Assembly: GCA_963823665.1 (NCBI GenBank)
Contig: CAWGMQ010000002.1
Span: forward strand, 160,001-224,000
DNA: 64,000 nucleotides
Source of the DNA: an uncultured Planctomycetota bacterium
GTDB lineage: Bacteria; Planctomycetota; Planctomycetia; Isosphaerales; Isosphaeraceae
Direction of reading: 5' to 3'
A program made the translations under genes and the position numbers. Below, in pieces: positions 10,645 through 19,584 of the stretch. Position 1 is the stretch's first letter. Every line of letters starts with the position of its first letter. A model generated the notes under the pieces. The model was not told where the DNA came from. It ran no database searches and saw only the letters and a program-made list of their open reading frames with translations.

Positions 10645-11044
10645 GACTTGGTCCCTTTCTTCCCTGAGGATCGCTTCTTGTCCTTTTGCGACCTGAGTAG
10701 CTCCGCGATTTCTTCGCGCTCGCCCTCGTCAAGCTCGCCCTCCTGTACCAGATGCGCAACCAGCCGGTGAGCTGAACCATCAAAGACAAGCAGCACAAGC
10801 TTGCCGATAAGACCTGATATCGTCGCCTTGCGGCTCACCCGAGCGTGCCACAAGTACCCGCGTGGTCCATCCGTACGCTCGACAAGATCCTTGGCGAGCA
10901 TCATTTTCAGCATGGTCGCCACGGTCGTTATCGCCACACCGCGCTGCTGAACGAGCACTTCGTGGATCTGTCCCAATCCCGCAGGACCCAGATCCCACAG
11001 AACCCTCAAGATCTCGAGCTCGCCGTCCGTCGGCTGCTTACTTG
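10641..11044 (-). pseudogene. blaI: BlaI/MecI/CopY family repressor, 3' part (interrupted by the IS; first codons at 12644-12660)
   Basis: SKQPTDGELEILRVLW...TTVATML...FDGSAHRLVAHLV. There is no start codon on this side of the IS; removing the IS restores MARRASKQPTDGE. Confidence 0.88.
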
Positions 11045-11298
11045 TGTAGTGGTTCAGCGTGAAATGGAATTCCCGGATTGCGTCGTTAGCTACTGGTGGA
11101 GAAACGATTGAGTGGAACGATTTAGCGCATTGGTACCAATCCCGAAGGTGAGGTGAGGGGCGGCTTCCTGCCGCCCTTCCTTCGGTCTTGGTCCCTGGGA
11201 CGGCGCTCAGGTCGTGTCGCCACGGAGTCCTATCCTCCGCCCAGGCCATTGGCCATCGTAGATCCATTCGACGGGGCTGACAACTGCTTTGCCCTGCG

Positions 11299-12288
11299 TC
11301 AACCGACTTGACGCTGCTGGGCACGGACTTCTTTTCGGCGACTCCTTGCCGCCTCGAGTTTGCGATCTCGGTCAGCAAAGATCTGCTTGTCTCGACCGCA
11401 CATCTTGGCCAGTGGTGTTACGTAGCCGATTGCACTATGAAGCCGCACCTCGTTGTAGTGCCGCACATAGCCCTCGACCAAGCGGATGGCATCCTCCACT
11501 GAAAGAGGTGTTCCCGGACGAATGCATTCTGACTTGATCGAACGATGCCATCGCTCGATCTTGCCATTACTCTGGGGATAGTACGGTGAGGTTCTCACGT
11601 GCGTCATACCGCAGATGCGGATGAATTCCTTGAAATCTCGAGCAATGAACTGAGGTCCGTTGTCGCTGATGATCCGGGGAGACACCCCGGGATATTGCTC
11701 GAGAGCTCGCTGAATAATTGTTTCGACGTCGCCTTCTTCCATCTTGGGCCGGATCTCCCAGTGCACGATCGACCGGCTGTAGCCGTCGAGCAAACTGCAA
11801 AGGAAGAAAAAGGTGCCGAGGACGTTGATATAGGCAATGTCGACGTGCCAGTGCTCGTGCGGACCGAGCGGTTGCTGGAACCCCGTTCCTTTGAGCGAAG
11901 GCTTGGTGTTGTGGCGGTTCATTAGACCGGCGTCGCTGAGCACTCGGTACACGCTGGAAGGGCTGGTCGCAACAACGTCGGCATCGAGCATCATGAACGT
12001 AAGCCTGCGGTAACCCTCAAGCGGATTCTTGTCGTGAAACTCGATGATCGCCTGCTTTTCCCAGTCTTCGAGCCACCAATCGCGGGGAATCCAACCGTTG
12101 TGCTCGTTGACTTTGCCGTAACGTTTTCGCCAGTCGTGGAACTTGCTCAGGCTGAAACCGATCCACTGGACGATTTGCTTGGCCGGGATTTCCGTCCGGT
12201 CCGACCAATAGCGAACGTAGTCGACGATCTGGTCACGAGTGTCGTGGGGAACCCAGGCTCCGGTCAGAGCTCCCCAAGAACTTTTTTT
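11299..12288 (-). CDS. IS3-family transposase OrfB (DDE integrase core), reached by a -1 programmed frameshift
   Basis: The -1 frame is open from the A7G site (SSWGALTGAWVPHDTRD...) through WHVDIAY, ISDNGPQF, PQSNGKIERWH and YNEVRLHSAIGYVTP. Confidence 0.9.
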   Translation of the reverse strand, partial: KKSSWGALTGAWVPHDTRDQIVDYVRYWSDRTEIPAKQIVQWIGFSLSKFHDWRKRYGKVNEHNGWIPRDWWLEDWEKQAIIEFHDKNPLEGYRRLTFMMLDADVVATSPSSVYRVLSDAGLMNRHNTKPSLKGTGFQQPLGPHEHWHVDIAYINVLGTFFFLCSLLDGYSRSIVHWEIRPKMEEGDVETIIQRALEQYPGVSPRIISDNGPQFIARDFKEFIRICGMTHVRTSPYYPQSNGKIERWHRSIKSECIRPGTPLSVEDAIRLVEGYVRHYNEVRLHSAIGYVTPLAKMCGRDKQIFADRDRKLEAARSRRKEVRAQQRQVG

Positions 12289-12572
12289 AGTTTGACATGC
12301 TCTTCCAGCAGCTCGGACACGACCTCGTTCTTGCGCTGCAGTTTATCCTGAAGAGCAGCGATTCTGCGCTCCTGGTGCTTCTCCGGTGCCGAGCGAGTCT
12401 GCCCAAAGGCTGCGGCCCCGTTCTCGAACAACTGTTTCTGCCAGTTGTAGAACATCGATGGCTGGATGTCGTACTGATCGCAAAGATCAGAGACGGGGAT
12501 ACGCTCGATGAGATGGCGTCGCAGGATGGCAACTTTCTCGACCGCATCGTAGTGCTTACGTGGCTTGCTCAT
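12264..12572 (-). CDS. IS3-family transposase OrfA (HTH + leucine zipper)
   Basis: MSKPRKHYDAVEKVAILRRHL...VSDLCDQYDIQPSMFYNWQKQLFENG; ends in an A7G slippery site. Confidence 0.9.
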   Translation of the reverse strand: MSKPRKHYDAVEKVAILRRHLIERIPVSDLCDQYDIQPSMFYNWQKQLFENGAAAFGQTRSAPEKHQERRIAALQDKLQRKNEVVSELLEEHVKLKKVLGEL

Positions 12573-12713
12573 GGAAGACCTCCCATTCGAGTTATAAGCT
12601 AACTCGAAACCGCGGTCATTCCATTTCCAACTGATTCAAAACACTTGCTCTTCGGGCCATCGCGCTCACTCCTCGTCTCCCAAGATGATCGCCACGTCAT
12701 CAAGCGGATCGGT

Positions 12714-12729
12714 TTCTATAGAATTAGAA
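12714..12729. promoter_or_regulatory. Candidate BlaI operator palindrome upstream of the original blaI start
   Basis: TTCTA-TAGAAT-TAGAA inverted repeat in an AT-rich patch about 55 nt upstream of the blaI ATG (12660). Confidence 0.35.
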
Positions 12730-12899
12730 TCAATCTGTCAACATCGACAAGTGCGGCTGAGCCGGATGATGCTCTCGTTGAATTTGGCTCCATTCTGATG
12801 GGTCACTCGGCGATCGGCAGCCTGGGATGTAGTAAACTGATGGTTCACCCGAGCAGAGTCCACTTGCTCTGCGGCAACGGAACTCCAAGGAAAAAAATC

Positions 12900-13907
12900 A
12901 TGAAGCGGTCACCGCGCCCCAGCTCTCCGTACCGAATTCGATCAGGGCAGGGGATTCTCGTGGCGCTTGCCCTGGCGCTCCTGGCTGCGTCGTCCGACGC
13001 CAGGGCCGACGATCCCGTGTCTGATCCAGCACCAGCGGCGTCGACGCTTCTTCCCGGAGCAGAAGATGGATTCGTCGATTCCAGCGGGGTCAAGATCCAC
13101 TTCGTCAGCCTGGGCCGCAAAGAAGACCCTCTGGTCGTCTTGATCCACGGCTTCCCCGACTTCTGGTATTCCTGGCGTGCTCAGATGCCTGAGCTGGCCA
13201 AACACTTCCACGTCGTCGCGATCGATCAGCGCGGCTACAACGCAAGTGATCAGCCCGAGGGCGTCGAGAACTACAAGACCGAGAAGTTAGTCGGCGACGT
13301 GGTCGCGGTCGTCAAGCACTTCGGGCCCGGCAAGGCGGTGATCGTCGGTCACGATTGGGGAGGCTTGGTCGCCTGGACTTTCGCCATGACTCATCCCGAA
13401 TTGACCGACAGACTCATCATCCTCAATCTGCCTCATCCCCGCGGGCTCCTTCGCGAGCTGGCCACGAACCCCGAACAACAGAAGAACAGCCAGTACGCCC
13501 GCAACTTTCAGAAAGACGATGCGGCCAAGCACGTTCCGCTGGAGTTTCTGACCGGTTGGGTCAAGGACGCCGAGGCCCGCAAGGTCTATCTCGCGGCGTT
13601 CAAGCGATCCTCCCTCGAAGGAATGCTCAACTACTACAAGGCAAACTACCCACGCTTGCCGGATGATGCCGCGAAAAACTCGGCCGCCAAGCAACCGGCG
13701 GTGCCCGATTTTCCTCCGGTCAAATGCTCCGTGCTCATGATCCACGGCCTCAAGGACCAGGCGCTCCTCCCCGGCGCACTCAACGACACATGGAAATGGA
13801 TCGACGCCGACCTGACGCTTGTGACGATCCCCGGCGCCGGCCATTTTGTCCAGCAAGATGCCGCGGAGTTCGTCACCAAGACGATGGCCGGCTGGCTCTT
13901 GAGGTAA
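12900..13907 (+). CDS. Secreted alpha/beta fold hydrolase (epoxide hydrolase-like)
   Basis: Signal peptide ending ...[28 protein letters not shown] nucleophile motif, GAGHFVQQD. Confidence 0.88.
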   Translation: MKRSPRPSSPYRIRSGQGILVALALALLAASSDARADDPVSDPAPAASTLLPGAEDGFVDSSGVKIHFVSLGRKEDPLVVLIHGFPDFWYSWRAQMPELAKHFHVVAIDQRGYNASDQPEGVENYKTEKLVGDVVAVVKHFGPGKAVIVGHDWGGLVAWTFAMTHPELTDRLIILNLPHPRGLLRELATNPEQQKNSQYARNFQKDDAAKHVPLEFLTGWVKDAEARKVYLAAFKRSSLEGMLNYYKANYPRLPDDAAKNSAAKQPAVPDFPPVKCSVLMIHGLKDQALLPGALNDTWKWIDADLTLVTIPGAGHFVQQDAAEFVTKTMAGWLLR

Positions 13908-13915
13908 TCAGAGCA

Positions 13916-15388
13916 CTACGAGAATAGACCACGAAACACCCGCCCTTCATTCACCGTCGGGCGCTCGGGACGACCCTGGTATCGGAAAACGAGCTGGGAG
14001 TGATCAACCCCGAGCGCGTGCAGAATCGTGGCGTGGATGTCGTGAACGTGCAGCCGGTTCTCGATGGCATGCAAACCCACTTCGTCGGTCTTCCCCACGA
14101 CGATTCCCGGCTTCACGCCCCCTCCAGCCATCCACATGGTGAAGCCATACGGATTATGATCCCGGCCGTCGCCTTTCTCGGACATCGGCGTGCGGCCGAA
14201 TTCGCCGCCCCAGACCACAAGCGTTTCCTCCAGCAAGCCACGGCTCTTGAGGTCCCTGAGAAGTCCCGCAACCGGCCGGTCCATGGCGCGGCACGTCTGG
14301 GCGTGGTTTGCTTCAATGGCGGTGTGGGCGTCCCACTTGCTCCCCGCTCCGCAGTAGATCTGCACAAACCGCACGCCGCGCTCGACCAGCCTTCGCGCCA
14401 GCAGACACAGCCGCCCGGTACGGTCGGTTGCCGGGTCGTCCAGGCCGTAGAGCGCATGCGTCGCTTCCGTCTCCCGCGCCAGGTCCACGGCCTCGGGCGC
14501 CTCGGCCTGCATCCGAAACGCCAGCTCGTAGCTCTTGATCCGGGCATCAAGCTCGGACTGGTCGATCCGCGAAAGGAGATGGCGCCGGTTGAGCTGGCCC
14601 AGGTATTCGAGCTTGCCCTGCTGTCGCGCCGGCCCGATGTTGGCCGGCGTTCGTAGATTCGCAATGGGCTGCATTCCGCCGTCGAGCTGCGTCCCCTGGT
14701 ACACCGCCGGCATGAAGCCTGTGCCCCAGTTTCGCGGGCCCCCGGCCACTGTGGCACGAGGGGCGTCTTTCATCACGACGAAACCCGGCAGGTTGGCATT
14801 CTCGCTCCCCAGCCCGTACGTGACCCAGCTTCCCAGCGAAGGACGCCCCGCCAGCGTGGAGCCCGTATTCATCTGGCACACGCCGCCAACATGATTGAGC
14901 CCGTTCGACCAGCACGACTGGATCACCGCGAGGTCGTCCGCGCACGTCGCGATGTTCGGCAGCCAGTCCGAGACCCAGATCCCACTCTGTCCGTGCTGCT
15001 TCCATTTTCGCCGCGATGCGAGCAGTGGCGCCCGGCCTTCTCCCATCGGCGTGATCACCGGCTTGAAGCTCGGTGGCAGCGGCTTGCCTTCTAGACCGTT
15101 GAGTGCGGGCTTGGGATCGAATGTGTCGATGTGGCTTGGACCACCTTCCATGAACAGGAAAATGACACTTCTCGCCATGGCCGGATGCCGCCAGGGCGCC
15201 GCTCCCGATGGCTCAGACCCCGCCGCGAGGTCGCACGATAGCAAATCGACCAGCGCGAGCGTCCCGAAACCAGCTCCCGCGCGCATCAGCCATTCGCGCC
15301 GATTTGCCGGCTGAATTCGATGGAGAGCTCGTCCCGCTTCCGGCTCGTCCGTCGCTTGCACACAGGATTGTGAGTCCGGAGAACGCAT
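13916..15388 (-). CDS. DUF1501 domain protein (Tat-type signal)
   Basis: NRREWL, SVIFLFMEGGPSHIDTFDPKP, ARRLVERGVRFVQ, WDAH, GEFGRTP, GRDHNP. Confidence 0.92.
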   Translation of the reverse strand: MRSPDSQSCVQATDEPEAGRALHRIQPANRREWLMRAGAGFGTLALVDLLSCDLAAGSEPSGAAPWRHPAMARSVIFLFMEGGPSHIDTFDPKPALNGLEGKPLPPSFKPVITPMGEGRAPLLASRRKWKQHGQSGIWVSDWLPNIATCADDLAVIQSCWSNGLNHVGGVCQMNTGSTLAGRPSLGSWVTYGLGSENANLPGFVVMKDAPRATVAGGPRNWGTGFMPAVYQGTQLDGGMQPIANLRTPANIGPARQQGKLEYLGQLNRRHLLSRIDQSELDARIKSYELAFRMQAEAPEAVDLARETEATHALYGLDDPATDRTGRLCLLARRLVERGVRFVQIYCGAGSKWDAHTAIEANHAQTCRAMDRPVAGLLRDLKSRGLLEETLVVWGGEFGRTPMSEKGDGRDHNPYGFTMWMAGGGVKPGIVVGKTDEVGLHAIENRLHVHDIHATILHALGVDHSQLVFRYQGRPERPTVNEGRVFRGLFS

Positions 15389-15398
15389 CCCGGCCGTC

Positions 15399-17963
15399 CT
15401 AGTCTACATAGAGGAACTCGTTGGAGTTGAGCAGCACATGACAGAAGTCGACGAGCGCAGCATGGTCGGCCGAGGGATCATTTTGATGGGGTGCCGCGCC
15501 CATCGATCGCGATTGTGTACGGAGGAAACCGATAGCCTCCGCAGTCTCGCCAGGCAAAGGACTGCGGCCGACGGCAAGCTGGTAGGCCCGTACAACCCGC
15601 CCTTCGATATCTGCCGAGCTTGGCTCCTCTCGCTCGAGCCTCTTCGCGAAGTCCTCCGCCCGGGCCAGGCCCCATTCGCCATTGATCAGGAGCAACGCCT
15701 GCGCGGCTGTCGTCGTTGTATTCCGTCGCGGAGTGCTGAAGTTCCCGTCTGGGCCATCATAGAGATCCAGCAGCTCTTCTGGTGCATTGCGGATCATGCG
15801 GGTGTCGATCGTGCGCCGCGATTGATTGCTCGAACCGCTCGGTCCGCCGATTACCCTCCTGAGCTCTCCACTCGCAGCGAGCACCGCGTCGCGAATCTCC
15901 CCGGCGTCAAGCCGCTGGACGACGTGCTTCCAGAGCAATCGATTCTCCGGATCCACTCGCTGTGCCAAAGCGATCTCCCGCGGGCTCCGGCTCGCTGATT
16001 GCCGATACACCGCCGACGTCACGATCAATCGGTCTAGCGGCTTGAGACGCCAGCCTTCCCGCACAAGCTCCTTCGCTAGCCAGTCAAGCAATTCGGGATG
16101 GCTGGGACGTTCGCCCAGCCGCCCGAAGTCGCCCGGCGTGCCCACAAGCCCTCGGCCGAAATGGTACTGCCAGACGCGATTCACGACGACGCGCGTTGAT
16201 AGCGGGTTGGTCCCCCCGCAGAGCCAGCGAGCCAGTGCCAGCCTCCGTCCCGTCGATTGCGGCACCGCCCGGCTCGCGTGCACCGGCGCGCCGGCCGCGT
16301 CCAGCACCGAGAGAAATCCCGGCTCGATCGCCTTTCCGCCGGAATCACCCGCAATGACTGTCGGTGGTGAAACGGGCCCGACGTCCGTCACCGTGAGCAC
16401 CGGCCCGGGAGGCACCGGCCGTAAGGCGTCGAACGCCTTGAGCTCCTTCTGAAGCTTGTCCCACCGGGCCTTGTCCGGCCCTTTGATCTGCACCGGCACC
16501 TGCCCGTACTCGAACGCGATTTGCCGGAAGGCCAGCGATCCGATCTGTTTCTGGAACGGTGTCCGTTCCTTCTCCGGCCTGTGCAAGATGGCCTGAATTT
16601 CCTCCGGGAACTTGGCCATCGCCGTGCGGGCACCTTTGTCCCGATAGGGCTGCTCGATGGCTTTGATCTGACGAAGGATCGCCGCAGCGGCTTCCTCCCA
16701 TGCAGCCTGCTTCGCTCGAAAGACAGCCCATTCGTCCGGGCGGGCAATACTCAGGTCGTCGCGCGGCAAGAGTGGCGTGAAGAACGCCTGAAGCCGGTAG
16801 TAATCTCGCTGGAGAATCGGGTCGAACTTGTGATCGTGGCACCGCGCGCAGCCGATGGAGAGCCCGAGGAACACTTCGCCGGTAACGTCCGTGATGTCAT
16901 TGAGGATGTCAGCCCATTGCCCGCACACGTCGCGCTGGTTGTATTCATAGGTGCCCATCCGCAAAAAGCCGACGGCGACCTTCAATTCGGGGTCGTCCGG
17001 GTCAAGCTCATCCCCGGCAAGTTGTTCGCTCACAAACCTGTCGTACGGCTTGTCGGTATTGAAAGCACGCACGACGTAATCGCGATAGCGCCAGGCCGAG
17101 GGTCGAAAAGCATCTTGCCGGTATCCGTCAGATTCCGCGTAGCGAACCAGATCGAGCCAGTGGCTACCAGAGCGCTGGCCGTAGGCTGGCGAAGCCAGCA
17201 GCCGGTCAACCAGCCGTTCGTACGCGTCAGGCGTTTCATCGTTGACGAACGAGTCAACTTCCGCTTTCGTCGGTGGCAGCCCTGTCAAATCGAAAGTCAC
17301 CCGCCGGATCAACGACTCTCTGCTCGCTTCTGCGGCAGGTACAAGACCCTTCTCTCGCAGTGCTTTGAGGACAAAGCGATCAATCGGATTTCGCGGCCAG
17401 AACGACCAGGAACCATACAGAGGACCAGAGACCTCCGGAGGCCTGCTTTCATGAACGCCCTGGAACGACCATAGCGCCTGATCGGTGGTCGTGAACTCCT
17501 CCGGCGCCGCAGCCGTTGCCTTGTTCGTGGCGTGGGCTGCACGATCACGAACCGGCCATGCCGCACCAGCAGCGATCCAGCGGGTGAGAATGGCGACTCT
17601 CTCGGGTGTGAGCTTTCCGTCCGGGGGCATCTCCGGACCCGCGTAATTGATCGCGGATACGAGCAGGCTCTCCTTCGGTTTTCCCGGCACGACCGCCGGT
17701 CCCGATTCGCCCCCCTTGAGAATCGCCTCGATCGAGTCGAGCCGCAGTCCCCCCTTTTGCTTCTTGCTGCCGTGACACGAATAGCACTTCTCAGCGAGCA
17801 GCGGCCTGACATTCTGCTCGAAAAACTTCTCTCGATCGCTTGCGCTTGTCGAATCGCCGCCGCCGGCACGAACGCGCGCCTGGCCCAAGGCGCATGAAAT
17901 CAGAAACGTGGGCAGCATGAGCAAGCCCAACGAAGCAGACCACAGCCGCTTGCGCTTCCTCAT
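15399..17963 (-). CDS. Planctomycete cytochrome c + DUF1549 (PSCyt2) + DUF1553 (PSD1) protein
   Basis: FFEQNVRPLLAEKCYSCHG, NPIDRFV, LIRRVTFDLTGLPPT, CARCHDHKFDP, VNRVWQYHFGRGLV, and LLNSNEFLYVD end. Start is approximate. Confidence 0.93.
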   Translation of the reverse strand: MRKRKRLWSASLGLLMLPTFLISCALGQARVRAGGGDSTSASDREKFFEQNVRPLLAEKCYSCHGSKKQKGGLRLDSIEAILKGGESGPAVVPGKPKESLLVSAINYAGPEMPPDGKLTPERVAILTRWIAAGAAWPVRDRAAHATNKATAAAPEEFTTTDQALWSFQGVHESRPPEVSGPLYGSWSFWPRNPIDRFVLKALREKGLVPAAEASRESLIRRVTFDLTGLPPTKAEVDSFVNDETPDAYERLVDRLLASPAYGQRSGSHWLDLVRYAESDGYRQDAFRPSAWRYRDYVVRAFNTDKPYDRFVSEQLAGDELDPDDPELKVAVGFLRMGTYEYNQRDVCGQWADILNDITDVTGEVFLGLSIGCARCHDHKFDPILQRDYYRLQAFFTPLLPRDDLSIARPDEWAVFRAKQAAWEEAAAAILRQIKAIEQPYRDKGARTAMAKFPEEIQAILHRPEKERTPFQKQIGSLAFRQIAFEYGQVPVQIKGPDKARWDKLQKELKAFDALRPVPPGPVLTVTDVGPVSPPTVIAGDSGGKAIEPGFLSVLDAAGAPVHASRAVPQSTGRRLALARWLCGGTNPLSTRVVVNRVWQYHFGRGLVGTPGDFGRLGERPSHPELLDWLAKELVREGWRLKPLDRLIVTSAVYRQSASRSPREIALAQRVDPENRLLWKHVVQRLDAGEIRDAVLAASGELRRVIGGPSGSSNQSRRTIDTRMIRNAPEELLDLYDGPDGNFSTPRRNTTTTAAQALLLINGEWGLARAEDFAKRLEREEPSSADIEGRVVRAYQLAVGRSPLPGETAEAIGFLRTQSRSMGAAPHQNDPSADHAALVDFCHVLLNSNEFLYVD

Positions 17964-18135
17964 CGGCGGGGCCTCGCACCGCGCAGTAACCAAGATTGGG
18001 AGTGTCCCAATTCTCTCTATCGACGCAGGAGGGCATATTGTTTAACAACCGTGTATCATAGACTGGCTCGCGCTGAAACGCCATTGATTTGACTCAGGTC
18101 ATCCGGGTTCACGCCCAGCGCTGGTTCGAAGCAAG

Positions 18136-19569
18136 ATGGCAAATCGACGAGACCAGCCGATCGCTTGCTGTTTATGTGTGCTTTTCGCGCTGCACGTCCT
18201 GTTCGCGCCCGGGTGCTATGCCCGGTGGCAAGATGAATCGGGAAAATCCGGTCCTCGCCCGCGTCCCAACGTTGTTTTCCTTTACACCGACGATCAGGCG
18301 CAGTGGGCACTCGGAGCCTACGGCAACCGCGAGATCAAAACTCCCAATCTCGACAGCCTGGCCCGACGCGGCGCCCTGTTTCGCAATGCATTCACAGTCA
18401 CCCCGGTGTGCTCGCCGTCCCGTGCAGCTCTCATGACGAGCCGCTACCCAAGCAAGCTGGGAATTGCCGATTGGATCGACCCTCGTAAAGAACCCGAAAT
18501 CGGGCTTGCTCCATCTACGATTACGTGGTCCGAACTGCTGAAAGGATTCGGTTACACCACGATGCTCGCCGGCAAGTGGCACCTCGGAACACGCGACGAA
18601 TTCCATCCCACTCGCCAGGGTTTCGACTTTTTCTTCGGCTTTCGCGACGGCAGTAACCAGCCGATCAATCCCCGGCTTGAAGTGGGCGGCCAATTGCGCC
18701 AGTTGGAGGGATCGCTCCCCGACTTGCTCGTAGACGAGGGCCTGAGCTTCATCGAGCACCATCGCCAGGCGCCGTTTCTCCTGTCGATTCACTTCCGCGC
18801 CCCTCACACGCCTTACGGTCCCGTGCCGGAACAAGACTCCGCCCCTTACCGCGTGCTCGATCCGACAATACCTGACGTGCCCGGCCTTCCCCGTGAACGC
18901 GTGAAGCAGCTCTATCGCGAATACTACGCCAGCGTCACCTCGGTCGATCGCAATGTAGGGCGGCTGCTCACAAAGCTGCACACGTGGGGGCTTGCCGAGC
19001 GAACAGCTGTAATTTTCACGAGCGACCACGGCTACATGATCGGCCAGCATGGACTCTGGCACAAAGGCAACGCCGCCTGGCTAGTCGAAGGCAAAAGGGG
19101 ATACCGCCCCAATATGTATGACGACGCGATCCGCGTGCCGCTCCTCATATCCTGGCCAGGAGTGGTCAAGCCTGGAACCACGGTCGAACGCGTGGTTTCC
19201 AATCTCGACTTGTTACCGACAATCCTCGAAATCGCGGGCCTGCAAACGCCGAGCAACCTTGAGATTCGAGGAAAGAGCGTACTACCGCTCTTGCGAGATC
19301 AGCACGCGGCCACCTGGGATGACACGCTCTTCGGGCAATACGACATGCACCATTACCAGATCGCCCGGATGCGAATGATCCGCACGCCCGACTGGAAACT
19401 CGTCAAACATTTCGAGACCGGCGGGCAGGATGAGCTCTATCACCTGGCTGACGATCCAGGTGAGACTCGCGACCTGGGAATCTCCACGCTGCCGGCGTAC
19501 ATCGCTCAGCTCAACTCCATGTCCGAGCGTCTCAAAACTTGGATGTTGCGGATCGGCGACCGACCGTAG
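18136..19569 (+). CDS. Formylglycine-dependent (S1) sulfatase
   Basis: RPNVVFLYTDDQ, CSPSRAALMTSRY (CxPxR), GKWHLG, TSDHG. Confidence 0.93.
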   Translation: MANRRDQPIACCLCVLFALHVLFAPGCYARWQDESGKSGPRPRPNVVFLYTDDQAQWALGAYGNREIKTPNLDSLARRGALFRNAFTVTPVCSPSRAALMTSRYPSKLGIADWIDPRKEPEIGLAPSTITWSELLKGFGYTTMLAGKWHLGTRDEFHPTRQGFDFFFGFRDGSNQPINPRLEVGGQLRQLEGSLPDLLVDEGLSFIEHHRQAPFLLSIHFRAPHTPYGPVPEQDSAPYRVLDPTIPDVPGLPRERVKQLYREYYASVTSVDRNVGRLLTKLHTWGLAERTAVIFTSDHGYMIGQHGLWHKGNAAWLVEGKRGYRPNMYDDAIRVPLLISWPGVVKPGTTVERVVSNLDLLPTILEIAGLQTPSNLEIRGKSVLPLLRDQHAATWDDTLFGQYDMHHYQIARMRMIRTPDWKLVKHFETGGQDELYHLADDPGETRDLGISTLPAYIAQLNSMSERLKTWMLRIGDRP

Positions 19570-19584
19570 CATTCCTGTCATCGA

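Larger units (their letters stand above)
11045..12643 (-). mobile_element. IS3-family insertion sequence (1599 bp)
   Basis: Terminal inverted repeats TGTAGTGGTTCAGCGTGAAATGGAAT (11045-11070) and TGTTTTGAATCAGTTGGAAATGGAAT (minus strand from 12643) match at 19/26 positions with TG...CA ends. The direct repeat CTTG flanks it at 11041-11044 and 12644-12647. It has orfA/orfB organisation. Confidence 0.93.

Noticed and set aside
10641..11378. 245-aa BlaI ORF with a long N-terminal extension
   Set aside because: The extension is IS3 tail sequence. The true start is at 12660, beyond the IS.
12645..12899. N-terminal 85-aa extension of the alpha/beta hydrolase ORF
   Set aside because: It overlaps the blaI start and promoter region. 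The signal peptide begins after the ATG at 12900.
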